The notes below the pieces were generated by a model, which was given only the letters and a program-made list of their open reading frames with translations, searched no databases and had not been told where the DNA came from. DNA of 64,000 bases from Acidiferrobacterales bacterium (GTDB lineage: Bacteria > Pseudomonadota > Gammaproteobacteria > Acidiferrobacterales > JAJDNE01), in contig JAJDNE010000009.1 of assembly GCA_022340825.1 (NCBI GenBank), forward strand, positions 10,849 to 74,848, given 5' to 3'. Shown here in pieces: positions 48,361 to 60,041 of this stretch (the stretch's first letter is position 1; each line of letters begins with the position of its first letter). Both the position numbers and the translations under genes were made by a program.

Positions 48361-49530
48361 CTATTTTGCTTTTGGCAGCAGCTTCATTTCAGCCAACGAG
48401 GAACGCAGGGCCTGGAAGATATTCTGTTCGTCCATCATGTTGAACTGGACCTTCATCGTCAGCGCACTACCGAAGACGATGGAGATCAATACCAGGAAAG
48501 AGCCCAGTGCCAGCGTAGAAACACCGGTGATGCCTTGACCGATGGTACAACCCATTCCAAGCACGCCACCGAAGCCCATCAGAAGACCGCCTACGATGTG
48601 GTTTGCGGCGTCCTTTCCGTTCACGAACCATTCGATACGGAACTTCTTGCTGATGACGGCATAAAGGAACGATCCAACAATCACGCCGGTCAGCGCCATG
48701 ACGCCGAAGTTAATGAATTCCGAGTGGCTTGGGTTCATCAAATAGCGCGCGGTGTCACCCATGGGGCTAATGAAGGTGAAGGACTGGACCGCGACCCGGG
48801 TCGGCGGCAATTCGGCAAACATTGCCTCTTCCATCCAGGTCTTGCCCATCGCGCTGCCGGTAATGTACCAGCCGATGATCACGGCAACACCTACGACCAC
48901 ACCGCCAAGAATGTTATCGAAACTGGAGCGGAATTCATCTGACTTGAATACATACCAGAGCATCACTACGGCAATGAACTCGCCGATGAACAGTTTGAGC
49001 AACAGCGGAGCATTCAGCAGGCTGCCGATATCCTGACCCTTGATGCCGTACTTTGCGAGATCAATGGTCGTTGCGGAAATCCATGGCAACATGTACAGCC
49101 CGAAGAAATCAGTATGGAGCATGATATAGGCCATGATTGAGGCAACGATCAGCACGAAAACAGATTTGATATTGCCAGCGCCAATCCGGATCAAGGTCTT
49201 GTTGCCGCAGCCGGATCCCAGGGTCATACCAATACCGAAAAGGAAGCCGCCGACAATATAGCGTCCCCAGGCGAAGCTTGCAGTGCGATACGGCGGAAAT
49301 ACCTGGCTTGGATCTGCCGGGTAGGTAAAGATGCCGGTGCCTTCCATAAACACCAGGCCACCCATGGCAACGGCAATTGCCAGAATCCATGCGCGTAAAC
49401 GACCCTTGTCACCCATGTTTACCCAGTCAGAGACAGCACCCATGGTGCAGAAATTGGTTTTGTTAACCACGGCACCCATGACCACGGCCGTGACGAAAAC
49501 GGTTAAGAGAATTTGCAGGTGAATGGACAT
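48361..49530 (-). CDS. YeeE/YedE-family sulfur-compound (thiosulfate-type) transporter
   Basis: 389 aa, polytopic, with the repeated Cys-containing motifs (TNFCTMGA, GSGCGNK, GMGCTIGQG) typical of YeeE/YedE. Confidence 0.8.
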   Translation of the reverse strand: MSIHLQILLTVFVTAVVMGAVVNKTNFCTMGAVSDWVNMGDKGRLRAWILAIAVAMGGLVFMEGTGIFTYPADPSQVFPPYRTASFAWGRYIVGGFLFGIGMTLGSGCGNKTLIRIGAGNIKSVFVLIVASIMAYIMLHTDFFGLYMLPWISATTIDLAKYGIKGQDIGSLLNAPLLLKLFIGEFIAVVMLWYVFKSDEFRSSFDNILGGVVVGVAVIIGWYITGSAMGKTWMEEAMFAELPPTRVAVQSFTFISPMGDTARYLMNPSHSEFINFGVMALTGVIVGSFLYAVISKKFRIEWFVNGKDAANHIVGGLLMGFGGVLGMGCTIGQGITGVSTLALGSFLVLISIVFGSALTMKVQFNMMDEQNIFQALRSSLAEMKLLPKAK

Positions 49531-49656
49531 ATTATTTTTCCTGGTGCATTTTGTTGTCCGCGCATGTATTAGACGCGAGTTAATTGTAGATATTCTGGTC
49601 GGGGCCGGATTTTACTTGGTTTGCGTAAACCGCACCACAACATGGCAACCGCCAGA

Positions 49657-50367
49657 TCAGTCGAATTCCGGGGGCTTTTCCCGATATTTCGTGGGGTCTG
49701 CCACGCCGGCATCACGAAATCCCTGCGCCCGCAGGCGACAGGAATCACAGCGCCCGCAGGCCTCGCCCCGCGGGCCCGGATTATAACAAGACACGGTCAG
49801 GCCATAATTTATTCCCAGCGCTTCACCGCGACGAATGATCTCCGCCTTGGTCAAATCTATTAACGGCGCATGTACCGTAAACCGGTCTCCCTCAACACCC
49901 GCCTTGGTTGCCAGGTTGGCCAGCTGCTGGAATGCCTCGATAAAAGCCGGACGACAGTCCGGATAACCGGAGTAGTCAACAGCGTTGGCACCGATAAAAA
50001 TATCCCGTGCCGTCAACACCTCGGCCCAACCAAGGGCTACCGAGAGAAAAATGGTGTTGCGCGCCGGTACATAGGTAATGGGAATTCCCGGCTCCTCGAC
50101 CTCTGGCATGGCAATGCTGCTATCGGTCAACGCAGATCCGCCCATCCAGCCGATATCGAGTGCCACCGTCTCGTGCTGCACGGCGCCGAGGCTCTCCGCC
50201 ACCAGTTGTGCGGATTCCAGCTCAATTCGGTGGCGCTGGCCGTAGTCGAAGGAGAGGCAATAGCATGCGAAACCCTGCTCACGCGCAATTGCCAGCGTCG
50301 TGGCCGAATCGAGCCCACCGGAAACCAGCACGACTGCTTTTTTCCTGTTCTTATCGTGCACGCTCAT
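49657..50367 (-). CDS. queC: 7-cyano-7-deazaguanine synthase
   Basis: 236 aa, [15 protein letters not shown]-loop, C-terminal CGxCxxCxxR Zn motif ([10 protein letters not shown]). Confidence 0.92.
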   Translation of the reverse strand: MSVHDKNRKKAVVLVSGGLDSATTLAIAREQGFACYCLSFDYGQRHRIELESAQLVAESLGAVQHETVALDIGWMGGSALTDSSIAMPEVEEPGIPITYVPARNTIFLSVALGWAEVLTARDIFIGANAVDYSGYPDCRPAFIEAFQQLANLATKAGVEGDRFTVHAPLIDLTKAEIIRRGEALGINYGLTVSCYNPGPRGEACGRCDSCRLRAQGFRDAGVADPTKYREKPPEFD

Positions 50368-51034
50368 CGCCCCAAATCAGTTTGTGCAGCTGCACCTGCA
50401 GACGTACTGGCAATTTGTCCTCCAGTATCCATTCGGCAAGATCGCGCGTTTCGAGCCGGCCATGAACCGGAGAAAACAACACCTCGCATTTCTGATCGAG
50501 CCGGTATTTTTCCAGTTGCTGCCGACTCCACTCATAGTCTTCGCGATCCTGTATGACGAACTTGACCTGATCATTGCTGTCTAGCCGGTCGATATTGTCG
50601 TAGAGATTCTTGTCGCACTCACCCGAGCCCGGTGTCTTCAGGTCCATGACCACACTCACCCGCTCATCCACTGCAGCAATGTCTCGACTGCCGCTGGTTT
50701 CGAGCGAAACTTCGAGTCCACTGTCGCACAACATTTTTAACAGGGGGATAACATCCGGTTGTGCCAGCGGCTCACCACCGGTAACGGTAACGAAATGTGC
50801 ACCATGATGCCTGACCTGGTCGACGACCTGCGCGAGTGTCATCCATTCGCCGCCGCTGAAGGCGTAAGCGGTATCACAATAACCGCATCGTAGCGGACAT
50901 CCAGTCAGGCGAACGAACACCGTCGGCCAACCCACCGTGCGTGACTCACCCTGCAACGAATGGAATATTTCGGTAACGCGAATACGTGGCTCGCCAGCGT
51001 TCGCGTTACCTGCTTTGTTCGAGCTCGTCGTCAT
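50351..51034 (-). CDS. queE: 7-carboxy-7-deazaguanine synthase (radical SAM)
   Basis: 227 aa, [22 protein letters not shown] cluster motif. Confidence 0.9.
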   Translation of the reverse strand: MTTSSNKAGNANAGEPRIRVTEIFHSLQGESRTVGWPTVFVRLTGCPLRCGYCDTAYAFSGGEWMTLAQVVDQVRHHGAHFVTVTGGEPLAQPDVIPLLKMLCDSGLEVSLETSGSRDIAAVDERVSVVMDLKTPGSGECDKNLYDNIDRLDSNDQVKFVIQDREDYEWSRQQLEKYRLDQKCEVLFSPVHGRLETRDLAEWILEDKLPVRLQVQLHKLIWGDERAR

Positions 51035-51087
51035 TGTGGATTACGGGGTGCTGCGGCCAACCGGCCAGGATTGCCGGTGGAAAATGA

Positions 51088-51855
51088 CTAGTGGCCTTCT
51101 TTTTTCATTATCGCAAGGCGCGAACTGGCAGAGCGCGCATTACGGGAATTCGGGTAGCGATCAATCACTTTTTGCAGATACTGGCGTGATTTCGTCCACT
51201 CACCAAGTTCATAGTAGGTATACCCGATTTTGAGCAAGGCATCGGATAGCTTACGACTGTTCGGGTATAGTTCCTCGACCTTGAGAAACTCTTTCAACGC
51301 CAGATTGAAATTACGCACAAAATAGTTCGATTCGGCAATCCAGTATTGCGCATTAGCCGCTAACGGACTGCCTGGATAACGTGTGATAAAGGCCCGAAAC
51401 GAGCGCGATGCGCCGGTGTAGTCCCCCTCTTTCATCAGCTGAAAAGCGGCCTCGTACTCCTGCTGTTCCTGGCCTGACGTTGGTGCCGCCACCGGGGGTG
51501 TGGCGGCCGGGCTGGCCGCAGACTGGTTTGCCGGTCGGCTCGCTGTACCGCCACCGCGCTCCAGCGTCCGTACGCGCCGATCAAGATCTTGCGTCAGATC
51601 CTGTACGCGAGACTGCAACTGGCGGATCTCGTTTTCCTGCACCTCGGTCTGGTTGCGCAACTCACGCACTTCTGCCTGCAATGCCTCAAGCTGGTTCAGC
51701 AACTCGAGCAGGGTTTCGCTCGTGGGACTGGCAGTTTTTGTTGATTCCTTGTCCGGGGCCGTGGAACGCCACTGGGCCGCGGGGGCATCCATCGACACCC
51801 CTGCCAGCACCAATGGCAGCACCAGAAGCCAGTTGCGACTGACACTAATCATCAA
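51088..51855 (-). CDS. cpoB: Tol-Pal system protein CpoB/YbgF
   Basis: Signal peptide, coiled coil, C-terminal TPR (YPNS...ALLKIGYTYYELGEW). Confidence 0.88.
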   Translation of the reverse strand: MMISVSRNWLLVLPLVLAGVSMDAPAAQWRSTAPDKESTKTASPTSETLLELLNQLEALQAEVRELRNQTEVQENEIRQLQSRVQDLTQDLDRRVRTLERGGGTASRPANQSAASPAATPPVAAPTSGQEQQEYEAAFQLMKEGDYTGASRSFRAFITRYPGSPLAANAQYWIAESNYFVRNFNLALKEFLKVEELYPNSRKLSDALLKIGYTYYELGEWTKSRQYLQKVIDRYPNSRNARSASSRLAIMKKEGH

Positions 51856-52343
51856 TAAATAATCTCGACACGACGATTCATTTTCCAGGCGGCTTCGTTG
51901 TGCCCTTCATCCAGCGGTTTCTCCTCGCCGTAAGAGGTATCCGTCAATCGACTGCTATCGATGCCCAGCACGGTCAGCATGCGCGACACCGACTGCGCGC
52001 GACGCTCGCCCAATGCCAGATTGTATTCCCGGGTACCACGTTCATCACAGTGACCTTCGAGTTTGACGTTAATCGACGGGTTGGCGTTCAGATAGGCAGC
52101 GTGGGCCTCCAGCGTTTCGCGGTTGTCGCTGTCAATTGCGCTGCTGTCAAACGCGAAGTGAATGCGCATGACGCTCGGGCGACCACCCAGCTCTTCACCG
52201 GCAAGGGCGCCCTCTTCGGCTGCACCTTGTACCACGGCTTCTTCACCCGTGGCTGATGTCGCGGCCTCCTCAGGCTTGCTGGCGCACGCGCTTAACATCA
52301 ACGCGAAAACGAAGAGTAACAACAATTTTGAAATCGGCTTCAT
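51852..52343 (-). CDS. pal: Peptidoglycan-associated lipoprotein Pal
   Basis: Lipobox LSAC and an OmpA-like C-terminal domain (FAFDSS...GHCDERGTREYNLALGERRA). Confidence 0.92.
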   Translation of the reverse strand: MKPISKLLLLFVFALMLSACASKPEEAATSATGEEAVVQGAAEEGALAGEELGGRPSVMRIHFAFDSSAIDSDNRETLEAHAAYLNANPSINVKLEGHCDERGTREYNLALGERRAQSVSRMLTVLGIDSSRLTDTSYGEEKPLDEGHNEAAWKMNRRVEIIY

Positions 52344-52369
52344 AAAGGCTCCTTGTAATTCCTTCCAGT

Positions 52370-53677
52370 CTAGGGGTTGTAGGGGGACCAGGCAGGCTCA
52401 CGGATATCACCTTCCGTCAGCGTAAACAAATGTCTCACTCGGCCGTCAGCGGATACCGATGCCAGAACCCCGCGACCTTGTCTCTCAGTGGCGTATAAAA
52501 GCATCTGGCCATTCGGCGCAAAGGATGGCGATTCGTCCAACCGGGTATCGGTTAATACCTGCATTGATTTATCCGCCAGACTGATCACGCCAACATTATA
52601 TTTACCGTTTCTGCGCGTGATCATTGTAATCTGTTGTCCGTCCGGCGAATAGGACGGGCGGGCATTGTAGTTACCCTCGAAACTCAGCCGTTCGGCCTGA
52701 CCACCGGCAACAGGTTTGCGGTAGATCTGCGGACCCCCGGCGCGGTCTGACGTAAACACCAGGTCGCGACCATCGGGTGACCATGCTGGTTCGGTATCAA
52801 TCGCCCGGTTGAAGGTCAGGCGCTGCAGACTCTTCTTGGCGATATCGATGATATAAATCTCCGGATTTCCATCCTTTGACAGGGTCACTGCCATCCGGGC
52901 TCCATCTGGCGACCACGCCGGCGCACTGTTGATACCACGGAAAGCCGCCACGCGAACCCGTTTGCCCTGCTTCAGATCCTGCAGGTAAACCATGGAGCGT
53001 TTCTGCTCGAACGAGACATACGCCAGTTGCTTCCCGTCCGGCGACCACGCCGGCGACATCAGCGGCTCTGCCGATGACAGAATCGTTTGCGGATTGACCC
53101 CGTCTGAATCGGCAATGGAAAGACGATAGAGGCGTTTGCCGTCCTTGCCACGCTCCTGACTGACATAGGCAATACGGGAACCGAACACACCCTTCTCGCC
53201 GGTCAACTTTTCGTAGACCAGATCGCTGATCTGGTGTGCCACTGAACGCAGGCGATCGGCCTTGACCGTATACCGGTAACCGGCAAGCTGGCGTTCTCTG
53301 AACACATCATACAATCGGAATTCGACCCGGTACTGATCGGGCTTGACTGGTGTGACATGACCAATCACCAGTGCCGTCGCCTTGACCAGGCGCCAGTCCT
53401 TGAAAACCACGTCCTTGTCTTTGAACGGCTCGGCTGGCATTTGCTCGCGTGTCAACGGCGCAAATCGACCGCTGCGACGTAAATCGGCAGTCACGATACC
53501 GGACACGTCGGTTGGCACGCTCCCGCTCCCTTGCCATTTAAACGGTGAGATGGCGATCGGTGTGCCGCCTTCACCGCCTTCGGTAATCGTAATTGTAATG
53601 ATGGCGTGTGCCGGCGTGCTGACCAGCGCCAAAACCGTCACAAAAGAGGTAAACAGGATTTTTCGAAAGTTCGTCAT
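52370..53677 (-). CDS. tolB: Tol-Pal system beta-propeller protein TolB
   Basis: ATG at 53677 (MTNFRKILFTSFVTVLALVSTPAHA signal peptide). Repeated PAWSPDG propeller motifs. The 96-codon upstream extension in the ORF track overlaps tolA and is rejected. Confidence 0.92.
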   Translation of the reverse strand: MTNFRKILFTSFVTVLALVSTPAHAIITITITEGGEGGTPIAISPFKWQGSGSVPTDVSGIVTADLRRSGRFAPLTREQMPAEPFKDKDVVFKDWRLVKATALVIGHVTPVKPDQYRVEFRLYDVFRERQLAGYRYTVKADRLRSVAHQISDLVYEKLTGEKGVFGSRIAYVSQERGKDGKRLYRLSIADSDGVNPQTILSSAEPLMSPAWSPDGKQLAYVSFEQKRSMVYLQDLKQGKRVRVAAFRGINSAPAWSPDGARMAVTLSKDGNPEIYIIDIAKKSLQRLTFNRAIDTEPAWSPDGRDLVFTSDRAGGPQIYRKPVAGGQAERLSFEGNYNARPSYSPDGQQITMITRRNGKYNVGVISLADKSMQVLTDTRLDESPSFAPNGQMLLYATERQGRGVLASVSADGRVRHLFTLTEGDIREPAWSPYNP

Positions 53678-53678
53678 G

Positions 53679-54401
53679 TCAAAGCTTTTCTGTATCGATA
53701 TTAAATTCACGCAGAAGTTCCGCCGCATCCGGATCCGTTGGCATGGGCAAAGGTTCCGCCAGGTACACTGCATCTTCAACGCTTTTATCAAACAGCGGAT
53801 CACCACTTGAACGCACCACTGACACACTGAGGATGCGGCCCGTTGGTGTGACCCGTACCCGCACGACGGCGAAGGCATCCTTGGGCGAACTCTGTGGCCG
53901 GCGCCACTTGCTGCTGATACGGTTGCCAATGCGTGCCATATATTCTGCCGCCTTGGACTGCGCAACGGTTAAACGCGCCGCACGTTCACGCTCGGCTTCT
54001 TCCGCGGCCAGTTGTTGTTGCAGCAACTCCTGCGCCTGCTTCTGGCGCGCTTCCGCTGCTGCCTTGCGCTTGCGATCGGCAGCCTGCTGGCGCGCAATTT
54101 CCGCCTTCTTGTCCGCCGCCTTTTTCTTTCGCAGCGCCTCTGCTTTGCGTTCAGCTTCCTGCTGCCTGCGTTTTGCCGTGTCGTCCACTTTCGGTGGTGC
54201 CGGCACTGGCACCACTTGTTTTTTTGCCGGCGCCTCGGTGACCACCACGGCCTTGATCACGTTCACCTGCGCCGGCGCCACGCTCGAACTCCAGTTGAAA
54301 TTCAGCACCAACATCAACAAGGCAGCCAGATGAACGGCGGCGGCCAGTACCAGCGCCTTGACGCTGTCTACCGGTGGTTGCGCGTGAGCTGCCGCGATCA
54401 T
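53679..54401 (-). CDS. tolA: Tol-Pal system protein TolA
   Basis: N-terminal TM, Lys/Ala/Glu-rich helical domain II, C-terminal TolA domain III. Confidence 0.85.
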   Translation of the reverse strand: MIAAAHAQPPVDSVKALVLAAAVHLAALLMLVLNFNWSSSVAPAQVNVIKAVVVTEAPAKKQVVPVPAPPKVDDTAKRRQQEAERKAEALRKKKAADKKAEIARQQAADRKRKAAAEARQKQAQELLQQQLAAEEAERERAARLTVAQSKAAEYMARIGNRISSKWRRPQSSPKDAFAVVRVRVTPTGRILSVSVVRSSGDPLFDKSVEDAVYLAEPLPMPTDPDAAELLREFNIDTEKL

Positions 54402-54832
54402 CTCGACCTGGCGGGCGGCTCCGTGATCAGGCCAACGCTGCCGGCGCCGCTTTGCTGCAACAACACCATTGCCTGCACCACCGTTCCGTAAGGCACCTGC
54501 CGATCACCCCGGATCAGCACCGGTGTCTGCGGTTGCTGGGCGAGAATACTACTGACCTTCTTTTTCAATGCCGCTGCCTGGATCGGCCGATCGTCCAGAA
54601 AATAGCTGCCGGACTTGTCAACCGTTACCACCAGTGTCTCGAGCTCCGACACGTCGACCGGTTTCGCAGCCGCCTCCGGCAGATCCACCTTCACTCCCTG
54701 GCTTAGCAATGGCGCGGTAATAATAAAAATCACCAGCAGCACCAGCATTACGTCGATGTATGGTACGACATTGATTTCCGACATCGGTTTGCGCCGGCGC
54801 TGACGATAACTGACGGTGACCGCGTCACTCAT
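54398..54832 (-). CDS. tolR: Tol-Pal system protein TolR (ExbD family)
   Basis: 144 aa, MSEINVVPYIDVMLVLLVIFIITAP. Confidence 0.9.
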   Translation of the reverse strand: MSDAVTVSYRQRRRKPMSEINVVPYIDVMLVLLVIFIITAPLLSQGVKVDLPEAAAKPVDVSELETLVVTVDKSGSYFLDDRPIQAAALKKKVSSILAQQPQTPVLIRGDRQVPYGTVVQAMVLLQQSGAGSVGLITEPPARSR

Positions 54833-55509
54833 TTTGCCACCTGCCGTTGCACGATACTCGAGAACTCCTCGACGAAGATTTCGTAGCGGGTCACCAGACG
54901 CTCAACGTTATTGGAGTAGCGGTTGTAGGCAATCACGGCCGGAATCGCGGCAAACAGGCCCATGGCGGTTGCGATCAATGCCTCGGCAATACCCGGCGCG
55001 ACCTGGGCAATGGTCGCCTGCGACGATGCACCCAGCGATCGAAATGAATTCATAATGCCCCAGACCGTTCCGAACAGGCCGACATAAGGACTGGTGGAGC
55101 CGACGGTGGCCAAAAACGACAGGTGCGTCTCCAGGAAATCGATCTCTTCGGTCAGCGCCACGCGCATGGCACGTCTGACCGCTTCCAGGATATCGGCCTT
55201 GGTCGCATGACCCTGCTGCTCCTGCCGCCGCAATTCGCGAAAACCTGCGAGAAAAATACTTTCGATGCCGGTGGCTTCGGCATCTTTCCGGTTTACCTCG
55301 GTGTACAGTCGCTCAAGCGCCGTACCGGACCAGAATTTTTCCTCGAAGCGATCGGTCGCACGACGGGCACTGCGCAACTGGAACCACTTCAGGAATATCA
55401 TCATCCAGGAAATGAACGACGCCACGAGCAACAGCAGCATTACCAGCTGTACTGGCAAGCTCGCATTACCAATGAGTGCACCGATCGGGAGACTGTCTGC
55501 AGAAGTCAT
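54829..55509 (-). CDS. tolQ: Tol-Pal system protein TolQ (MotA/ExbB family)
   Basis: 226 aa, 3 TM, GLFGTVWGIMNSF, PGIAEALIATAMGL. Confidence 0.92.
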   Translation of the reverse strand: MTSADSLPIGALIGNASLPVQLVMLLLLVASFISWMMIFLKWFQLRSARRATDRFEEKFWSGTALERLYTEVNRKDAEATGIESIFLAGFRELRRQEQQGHATKADILEAVRRAMRVALTEEIDFLETHLSFLATVGSTSPYVGLFGTVWGIMNSFRSLGASSQATIAQVAPGIAEALIATAMGLFAAIPAVIAYNRYSNNVERLVTRYEIFVEEFSSIVQRQVAK

Positions 55510-55522
55510 AATTGTCCGTTTG

Positions 55523-55918
55523 TTATCCTAGTTTTTCCATGATGGCCGCCGGAATCGCCTTTGGCCGAAAACTGTCAACATCAACACAAGCCAGCCTGAT
55601 CTCACCACTGCAAATCAATTCGTTGTTACGTTGAATTTGCTGCTGGACGGTCATGCTGGCCTTGCCATATTTTACCAACTCCACGCTTACCTGAAGTTGC
55701 TCGTTAAACCGTGCCGCCTTGATAAATTCAACATTGGCACTGCGAACTGCAAATTGCACGCCTTCACGTAGCGAAAGCTCATCCAGCTCGAAGCCAAGAT
55801 CGCGCAACCATTCTGTCCGACCGCGCTCCATAAAACGCAGGTAGTTCGCGTAGTACACGACTCCGCCGGCATCAGTATCTTCGTAGTACACCCGCACCGG
55901 AATTGAAAACGCGCTCAT
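55523..55918 (-). CDS. ybgC: Tol-Pal-associated acyl-CoA thioesterase YbgC
   Basis: 131 aa, VRVYYEDTDAGGVVYYANYLRFMERGRTEWLR hotdog fold. Confidence 0.9.
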   Translation of the reverse strand: MSAFSIPVRVYYEDTDAGGVVYYANYLRFMERGRTEWLRDLGFELDELSLREGVQFAVRSANVEFIKAARFNEQLQVSVELVKYGKASMTVQQQIQRNNELICSGEIRLACVDVDSFRPKAIPAAIMEKLG

Positions 55919-55963
55919 GGTTTTCCGCTTACTGTGATTAAACGCATGAATTCAACTATGGGG

Positions 55964-57016
55964 CTACGATTGTTGAAACAGGTCCTGCTGCAACTTGGCA
56001 GCTGATTGTGGCATCGGGATACCGAAATATTCCCACGAGCGTCGAGTGGCAACACGGCCTCTCGGTGTGCGCATGAGAAAGCCCTGCTGGATCAGGTATG
56101 GCTCGATCACATCTTCCAGTGTGCCGCGTTCCTCACTGATGGACGCCGCGAGGCTATCGATACCTACCGGACCGCCGTCGAAGTTTTCCAGGATGGTGCG
56201 CATCAACTTGCGATCCATTGTATCAAGGCCATGTGCATCAACTTCTAACATGTTGAGCGCTGATTCAGCAATGTCGCCGGTCAGTGTGCCGTTACCTTTA
56301 ATCTCGGCGAAATCGCGCGTGCGTCGCAACAACCGATTGGCGATACGCGGGGTACCACGTGAGCGTCGGGCAATGGCCTGAATTCCATCGGGCGTCGTTT
56401 CTACCTCGAGTATGCGGGCGGAACGCTCGACAATCCGGGCGAGGTCATCGTGGTCATAAAATTCGAGGCGCAAGACAATGCCAAAGCGATCACGCAGCGG
56501 CGACGTCAGCAAACCGGCGCGCGTTGTCGCACCGATCAAGGTAAACGGCGGCAGATCCAGTTTGATCGAACGCGCCGCAGGCCCTTCGCCAATGACGATA
56601 TCGAGCTGATAATCCTCCATCGCCGGGTACAGAATTTCTTCCACCACCGGGCTCAACCGGTGGATCTCGTCGATAAACAGGACGTCGTTGGGCTCAAGGT
56701 TGGTCAGTAACGCCGCCAGGTCACCGGCACGCTCGAGTACCGGCCCGGAAGTCTGTCGCAAGTTGGCACCCATCTCGTTGGCGATGATATGCGCCAGCGT
56801 GGTTTTGCCGAGGCCCGGTGGACCAAACAGCAATACGTGATCCAGCGCCTCGGCGCGTTTGCGCGCGGCGGCGATGAAGACTTCCAGTTGCTCGTGTACA
56901 TGTGGCTGCCCGATGTAGTCAGCAATCCTGATCGGCCGCAGTGCCCGGTCCTGATTGGCTTCTTCCGGGGCAGATACCACGTGAGCCGATACCAGTCTGT
57001 CGTTTTCAATTGCCAT
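55964..57016 (-). CDS. ruvB: Holliday junction branch migration helicase RuvB
   Basis: 350 aa, GPPGLGKTT Walker A, LFIDEIHR. Confidence 0.95.
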   Translation of the reverse strand: MAIENDRLVSAHVVSAPEEANQDRALRPIRIADYIGQPHVHEQLEVFIAAARKRAEALDHVLLFGPPGLGKTTLAHIIANEMGANLRQTSGPVLERAGDLAALLTNLEPNDVLFIDEIHRLSPVVEEILYPAMEDYQLDIVIGEGPAARSIKLDLPPFTLIGATTRAGLLTSPLRDRFGIVLRLEFYDHDDLARIVERSARILEVETTPDGIQAIARRSRGTPRIANRLLRRTRDFAEIKGNGTLTGDIAESALNMLEVDAHGLDTMDRKLMRTILENFDGGPVGIDSLAASISEERGTLEDVIEPYLIQQGFLMRTPRGRVATRRSWEYFGIPMPQSAAKLQQDLFQQS

Positions 57017-57028
57017 TGATGATCCTGT

Positions 57029-57628
57029 TTAACCCGCGGCACTCTTGAGTGCTTGTCGAATAATTTGTTCAGTATCCAGCCCATCTGCCTCCACGGCACG
57101 CACCAGCCGGGTAGCTTCATTGGGCTTGTAACCCAGGGCCATCAACGCACTAACGGCCTCGCCAGCCGGATTGAGCGGCGCGGAACCCGTTGCACTTGGC
57201 GCCATGAACCGGGCGCTGCCCTCTTCGGTGTCAACCTTGTCGCGCATCTCCACGATCAACCGCTCGGCGGTCTTGCGACCTATACCGGGTACACGCGTGA
57301 TGCGGGCAACGTCTTCACCGACGATACACTGAATGAATTCCTGGGTCGTGAGACCGGACAGGATCGCCAGTGCCACGCGCGGCCCGACACCACTTACCTT
57401 CAACAGGCTACGAAACAGGCGACGTTGGGCCTCGTTGGAGAAACCGTACAGCAGATGGGCGTCTTCGCGCACCACCAGGTGCGTATGCAGGGTGACGGTC
57501 TCGCCGGTTGCCGGCAGATCGTAGAAGGTGGTCATGGGAGCCTCGAGCTCATATCCGACGCCGTTTACGTCAACCAGCAACGCCGGCGGCTCTTTCTGCA
57601 ACAACGTGCCGCTCAATCGACCAATCAT
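57029..57628 (-). CDS. ruvA: Holliday junction DNA helicase RuvA
   Basis: 199 aa, [28 protein letters not shown], HhH motifs. Confidence 0.95.
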   Translation of the reverse strand: MIGRLSGTLLQKEPPALLVDVNGVGYELEAPMTTFYDLPATGETVTLHTHLVVREDAHLLYGFSNEAQRRLFRSLLKVSGVGPRVALAILSGLTTQEFIQCIVGEDVARITRVPGIGRKTAERLIVEMRDKVDTEEGSARFMAPSATGSAPLNPAGEAVSALMALGYKPNEATRLVRAVEADGLDTEQIIRQALKSAAG

Positions 57629-58149
57629 TCCGGCGCCACCTCGGTTATACGTTTCCCGAGACCGCGCGCCAGCGAATGCTGCCCGAACGCGGTATGGGCA
57701 TGGCAGATTGCAGTCGCCAATGCATCGGCGGCATCGGCTTGTGGCGAACCCGAAAGACCCAGCAATGCGGTTACCATGTGTTGCACCTGTTTCTTCTCGC
57801 CATGTCCGTTGCCCACCACCGCTCGCTTGATCTGTAGCGCCGTATACTCGCTTACCGGCAAGTCATGCTGCAGCGCCGCACACAATGCCGCACCGCGGGC
57901 CTGCCCAAGTTTCAACGCTGAATCCGGATTGCGGGCAACAAATACCTTTTCGATGGCCAGCACCTCGGGGTTGTGCGTACGAATAACTTCATCAACGCCA
58001 TCGAGGATAACTTTCAGACGCTCGGCCAGTGTGCCCTTGGGTACGCGAACACAGCCACTGGCAACATAACCAAGTTTGCCATTGCGCAAAACGGTGATGA
58101 TACCGAAACCGGTCAGTCGGGAGCCTGGATCGATACCGAGAATACGCAT
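57625..58149 (-). CDS. ruvC: Crossover junction endodeoxyribonuclease RuvC
   Basis: 174 aa, [16 protein letters not shown]...AIEKVF. Confidence 0.95.
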   Translation of the reverse strand: MRILGIDPGSRLTGFGIITVLRNGKLGYVASGCVRVPKGTLAERLKVILDGVDEVIRTHNPEVLAIEKVFVARNPDSALKLGQARGAALCAALQHDLPVSEYTALQIKRAVVGNGHGEKKQVQHMVTALLGLSGSPQADAADALATAICHAHTAFGQHSLARGLGKRITEVAPE

Positions 58150-58184
58150 GCGGTTATGCTCGATCCATATTCATGGGCAAACCT

Positions 58185-58934
58185 TTACCCGGCTTCCTGA
58201 GCCAACAACTCGTCCGGGAAGTCGGCATTGCTGAAGACATTCTGCACATCATCAAGCTCCTCAAGCATATCCAGCAGCTTGAGCATCTTTTCGCCGTCGT
58301 CGGTATTGAGAGAAATATCGGTCGACGCCCGCTGGGTCAGCTCGGCCATCTCCGGCTCAAGACCGGCACTTACCATGGCATCGCGCACTGCTTCAAAATC
58401 TTCCAGCGATGTCTGGACTTCGATGGCGCCATCGTCATCGGTGACCACGTCCTCAGCCCCGGCTTCGAGCGCCGCCTCCATAATGGCGTCTTCGTCACTG
58501 CCAGCGGGATAACTCAGTATGCCAAGCGTGTTGAACAGGTACGCGACCGAGCCATCGGTGCCCAGGTTGCCACCATTTTTGGTAAAGGCGTGGCGCACTT
58601 CGGATACTGTACGGTTCTTGTTATCGGTGGTGCATTCCACCAGCACGGCGACACCACCCGGGCCATAACCCTCGTAGCGCACTTCTTCATAATTCACGCC
58701 TTCCAGCTCACCGGTACCGCGCTTGATCGCCCGTTCGATATTATCCTTGGGCATATTCTGGCCCAGTGCCTTGTCGATCGCCGTCCGCAGCCTGGGATTG
58801 GCGGCGGGATCACCCCCGGCCATGCGTGCCGCGATGGTGATTTCGCGAATCAGCCGGGTGAAAATTTTGCCGCGTTTGGCGTCCTGGGCCCCTTTACGGA
58901 AGCGGATATTGGCCCATTTACTATGACCGGCCAT
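58185..58934 (-). CDS. yebC: YebC/PmpR-family DNA-binding transcriptional regulator
   Basis: [28 protein letters not shown] at ATG 58934. The upstream 42 codons in the ORF track are rejected. Confidence 0.92.
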   Translation of the reverse strand: MAGHSKWANIRFRKGAQDAKRGKIFTRLIREITIAARMAGGDPAANPRLRTAIDKALGQNMPKDNIERAIKRGTGELEGVNYEEVRYEGYGPGGVAVLVECTTDNKNRTVSEVRHAFTKNGGNLGTDGSVAYLFNTLGILSYPAGSDEDAIMEAALEAGAEDVVTDDDGAIEVQTSLEDFEAVRDAMVSAGLEPEMAELTQRASTDISLNTDDGEKMLKLLDMLEELDDVQNVFSNADFPDELLAQEAG

Positions 58935-59066
58935 ACTTTTTAACTGACTCCTGCGTTTTCGATAGTTGCTAGCAAAGCAGGCGCACCGGGCGCCTGCGAG
59001 TTTGGGGCAGTTTACCACTGGACCGGGTTCGCCCCCAATTGCATCGCGCGTGGCCATCACCAGACT

Positions 59067-59915
59067 TCAGCCTGACCCATGGCGCGGCAACCAGAGATTA
59101 ATCAGCCCCAGTACACCAAGTACACCGCCGACCAGTGATGTGCCACGCTGTAACAATTGCGCATGCACCTGGCCCGTGGGCGCATCCCAGAATATCCATG
59201 CTGCCCACAGCGATAATACGAATGCCAAGGTTTGCCACGGCCGAGTCAGTCCTTGCGGCAACCGCATGCCGAGCCAGGCCCCCGCCATCGCTACCAACCA
59301 GCCGAGCGCCAGCCCGGCAAGAATATCGACCGGCCAATGAGCGCCCACCACTGCCCGCGACGCGGCCACCACAATTGCCACTGTCGCGAGCGCGAACTGC
59401 CCGCGACGGTCACGCAGATACAGGGCAAGGGTTGTCGTCAGCGTTGCAATGGCCGTGGCATGCCCTGAGGGAAACGATGCCGCGTAGAGAGACGGACCGA
59501 TGACATGAATTTGTGACGGCGCCAGCACTTCCAGTGGCCGTGGCTGGGCAAACAGATCTTTCAGCCCATGAACCGCGACGGTCGCAATCAGGCCCGCCAG
59601 CAGCAGCGTCCAGGCAATGTCCGGCCGGCGAGCAGCAATTGGCCCCAGCAGGGTAAACGCCAACAGACCCTCGCCGAGCAAGGTGATATTGGCCCAGATC
59701 GGATCACCGGTGTAACGGCTCAAGCCATTGAGCCAGCTGAACAGGGCCTGGTTAGCGCTACCGGCATGAAGTGCCAACAACACGATGATCAGCGTGGCCG
59801 GTATGCCCCAAATGAGGGCGGGCGGCGGAAAGTCGGGAGAAACAGCGGTGTCCCCGGATCGGGCAGGAAACAGCATACTTATTATATAGTGGGGGCGAAA
59901 CGCCATGTGCGGCAT
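59067..59915 (-). CDS. PAP2-family membrane phosphatase
   Basis: SFPSGHA and SRAVVGAHWPVD acid-phosphatase motifs, polytopic. The true start is uncertain (M at 59915, 59906 or 59876). Confidence 0.75.
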   Translation of the reverse strand: MPHMAFRPHYIISMLFPARSGDTAVSPDFPPPALIWGIPATLIIVLLALHAGSANQALFSWLNGLSRYTGDPIWANITLLGEGLLAFTLLGPIAARRPDIAWTLLLAGLIATVAVHGLKDLFAQPRPLEVLAPSQIHVIGPSLYAASFPSGHATAIATLTTTLALYLRDRRGQFALATVAIVVAASRAVVGAHWPVDILAGLALGWLVAMAGAWLGMRLPQGLTRPWQTLAFVLSLWAAWIFWDAPTGQVHAQLLQRGTSLVGGVLGVLGLINLWLPRHGSG

Positions 59916-60041
59916 TATAGCGATACTGAGCCCTGATTCGCCAAGGATGATTCCGGATTGCCCCCACGCACTTCAGCGACTACTTTTTAAACAGGCACCG
60001 ATTACAGCTGGCATAACAAAAACTGCATATCTTAATAATAC

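Noticed and set aside
53678-53965. 96-codon upstream extension of the tolB ORF
   Set aside because: It overlaps tolA in another frame and is Cys/Arg-rich. The signal-peptide-bearing start MTNFRKILF at 53677 fits TolB.
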